Positions 62,192-64,000 of a DNA stretch of 64,000 nt are shown here, one piece after another. The DNA is taken from NCBI GenBank assembly GCA_938091905.1, contig CALKOM010000006.1, positions 44,009 to 108,008 on the forward strand, given 5' to 3'. The notes under the pieces are model-generated. The model saw only the letters and a program-made list of their open reading frames with translations, did no database searches and was not told where the DNA came from. A program made the position numbers and the translations under genes. The stretch's first letter is position 1. Every line of letters begins with the position of its first letter. The DNA comes from an uncultured Verrucomicrobiales bacterium (GTDB lineage: Bacteria; Verrucomicrobiota; Verrucomicrobiia; Verrucomicrobiales; DEV007).

Positions 62192-63616
62192 ATGAAATAT
62201 GTTATCTCCACCCTAGCATTGCTAGGAAGTGTGGCTTTTGCACAGCAACCGGGCTCGCTTTTCAAGGATCCTGAATTTCAAAAGCGTTTCCAGGGATCGT
62301 ACGGCTTTCTTCCGGATGTCGAGCCGAGGCCCAACCCTCAAGATGAGGAAGAAACGGCCTATTTCCTGGCAGTAAAAGATCTCTTGGCGTCGGCTAACAT
62401 GAGAGCTCTAAAGGTGAAGCTTGTTGCCGATCTTCAGCCCGACATTTCGCATGCCGCCTTGCAGTTCATGCTCGGGAATATCTATTTCCAAGAGGAGAAC
62501 AATGCAGAGGCCGCCAAATGGTACCTGTCGGCCATCAAGAAATTCCCATCCTATTTGCGTGCTCATAAGAACCTGGGATTGGTGTATTTCCAGCAGGATG
62601 ATGTTCCAAAGGCAATCGTTTCGTTGAGCAAAGCGGTCGAACTAGGTGATAAGAGTGCGCAAACCATGGGGTTGTTGGGCGCTTGTCATGCGACCACCGA
62701 GAATTGGATGGCCGCCGAGTCTGCGCTTCGTCAGGCAATCGTACTTCAACCTAACAAGAAGCAGTGGACGAACCAGTTGCTTAAAGTTCTCTTTGATAGT
62801 GAGCAATGGGAATCCGCGTTGAGTATTGTTGAAGGGCAGTTGAAAGAAGCTCCTGGTGATGATCGTCTCTGGGGCATGAAAGCGCGGGCGCTGATGGGGC
62901 TGAATCGCTCCGAGGAGGCTACCTTCGCGTTCGAGGCCCTGCGTCACATGGGCAAGGCCTCGGCACCGATCCTCGAAACCCTAGGTGGGATGTACATGGA
63001 GCAAGAGAAGCCGAATGCAGCACTCTCCGCATACACGGCTGCGGCAAAAGCATCCAAGGAGTTGAAGGGGAGCTCGACGTTGAGAACAGCAAACCTCCTC
63101 TTCGGGTATCAGTATGTGGATCAGGCAAAGAGCTATGTGAAGATCCTGAAGCCACGTCTGAAGGAACTAACGCCAACAGAGCAGTTAGAATTGCGGACGC
63201 TCGAAGCGAAGATTGCTAGAGTTGAGGGTAATGACTCTGGTGCCATGACGATCTTGCAGGACATCATTCTTAAGGATAACCTGAACGGAGAAGCGCGGAT
63301 AGAGCTTGCTCAACTCTTTGAGCGCGCTGCCATCGAAGCCGATGAAGAAACGAAGAAGGCGGAACATTATGCGAGGGCAAAGATGTACTTTGATCAAGCG
63401 ATGCAGATTGAAGGGAGTGCTGCGATGGCTGCTCAGCGTTGTGGGCAAATGTATGCGTATCGTGCGGACTACGTGAAAGCAGTAGCGCTCCTACAGAAAG
63501 CCTTTCAGCTCAAGCCACGAGACGAGCTCGACCAGTACATCAAGCGCGTCGAACGCGCTGCCCGTCGCCAGGAAGCCAAAGCGGCTGCTGACAAAGCCTC
63601 GGCACCAAAGGCGTGA
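62192..63616 (+). CDS. Secreted tetratricopeptide repeat protein
   Basis: Signal peptide; repeated LG.IY...A...Y..A helical motifs. Confidence 0.85.
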   Translation: MKYVISTLALLGSVAFAQQPGSLFKDPEFQKRFQGSYGFLPDVEPRPNPQDEEETAYFLAVKDLLASANMRALKVKLVADLQPDISHAALQFMLGNIYFQEENNAEAAKWYLSAIKKFPSYLRAHKNLGLVYFQQDDVPKAIVSLSKAVELGDKSAQTMGLLGACHATTENWMAAESALRQAIVLQPNKKQWTNQLLKVLFDSEQWESALSIVEGQLKEAPGDDRLWGMKARALMGLNRSEEATFAFEALRHMGKASAPILETLGGMYMEQEKPNAALSAYTAAAKASKELKGSSTLRTANLLFGYQYVDQAKSYVKILKPRLKELTPTEQLELRTLEAKIARVEGNDSGAMTILQDIILKDNLNGEARIELAQLFERAAIEADEETKKAEHYARAKMYFDQAMQIEGSAAMAAQRCGQMYAYRADYVKAVALLQKAFQLKPRDELDQYIKRVERAARRQEAKAAADKASAPKA

Positions 63617-63782
63617 AGATCTAAAAGCCGAAGTTGAGTTGAACGCGAAAGTACTTCTGTCTCTCTGATTCATCGATCGGGATCTCAAACGAGAATCGAC
63701 CGGGCTCTGCTGGGTTGAACATGAAAGGGAGGAAGACAGGCATCCATGGTTCTAAGGACTCGTCCATGGTGGTGTGGGATTC

Positions 63783-64000
63783 TAGTACTGACCGGCGTAG
63801 GTTCGTTTAGGTTGTCGCTGGGAATCCCTTGAACATCCATTTGAAGGGTTTTGCCATGGTCGTGTTGAAGTAGTCGATGAAGTCCATGATTCGGGTCCTG
63901 AGATCCTCTGTTGAGGTGAAACTGCCAGTGCGTAGCAGCTTTCGAACGAGGATGCTGAACCAAATTTCAATCTGATTGACCCAGGAGCAGTGCTTGGGGG
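63783..64000 (-). mobile_element. IS630-family element end; transposase C-terminus at 63807->64000
   Basis: Manual translation PKHCSWVNQIEIWFSILVRKLL...FTSTEDL...FIDYFN...KPFKW; end-like CTAGTACTGACCGGCGTA with a TA dinucleotide. Confidence 0.85.

Overview
A bacterial chromosome segment whose gene content points to Verrucomicrobiota/PVC (DUF1501 + PSD1/planctomycete cytochrome c pair, PVC-type CxxCH dehydrogenase, DUF1080, CotH/lamin-tail proteins). Housekeeping genes are rpsO-pnp, serS-tilS and nnrD. There is a cluster of large secreted proteins that share a C-terminal 'E-x-S-x-D-L-x-x-W...(F/Y)-x-R' domain, a decayed BlaI/BlaR-VIT/vWA locus, and a ~17-kb putative phosphate-scavenging locus (two orphan OmpR/PhoB-type regulators, OprO/P-like porin, TonB-dependent receptor, internally duplicated beta-helix protein, DUF3450-ExbB-ExbB-ExbD-TonB-TPR). 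An IS630 end lies at the right edge. The most striking observation is that the FG-GAP lipoprotein ORF (33140-34942) and the ASPIC/UnbV-redoxin-TPR ORF (to 36946) are one reading frame broken by a single TGA. A hairpin resembling a bacterial SECIS starts 11 nt after that TGA, making this a candidate recoded (selenocysteine) protein of 1268 aa. All family calls come from motif recognition by eye; no database searches were run.
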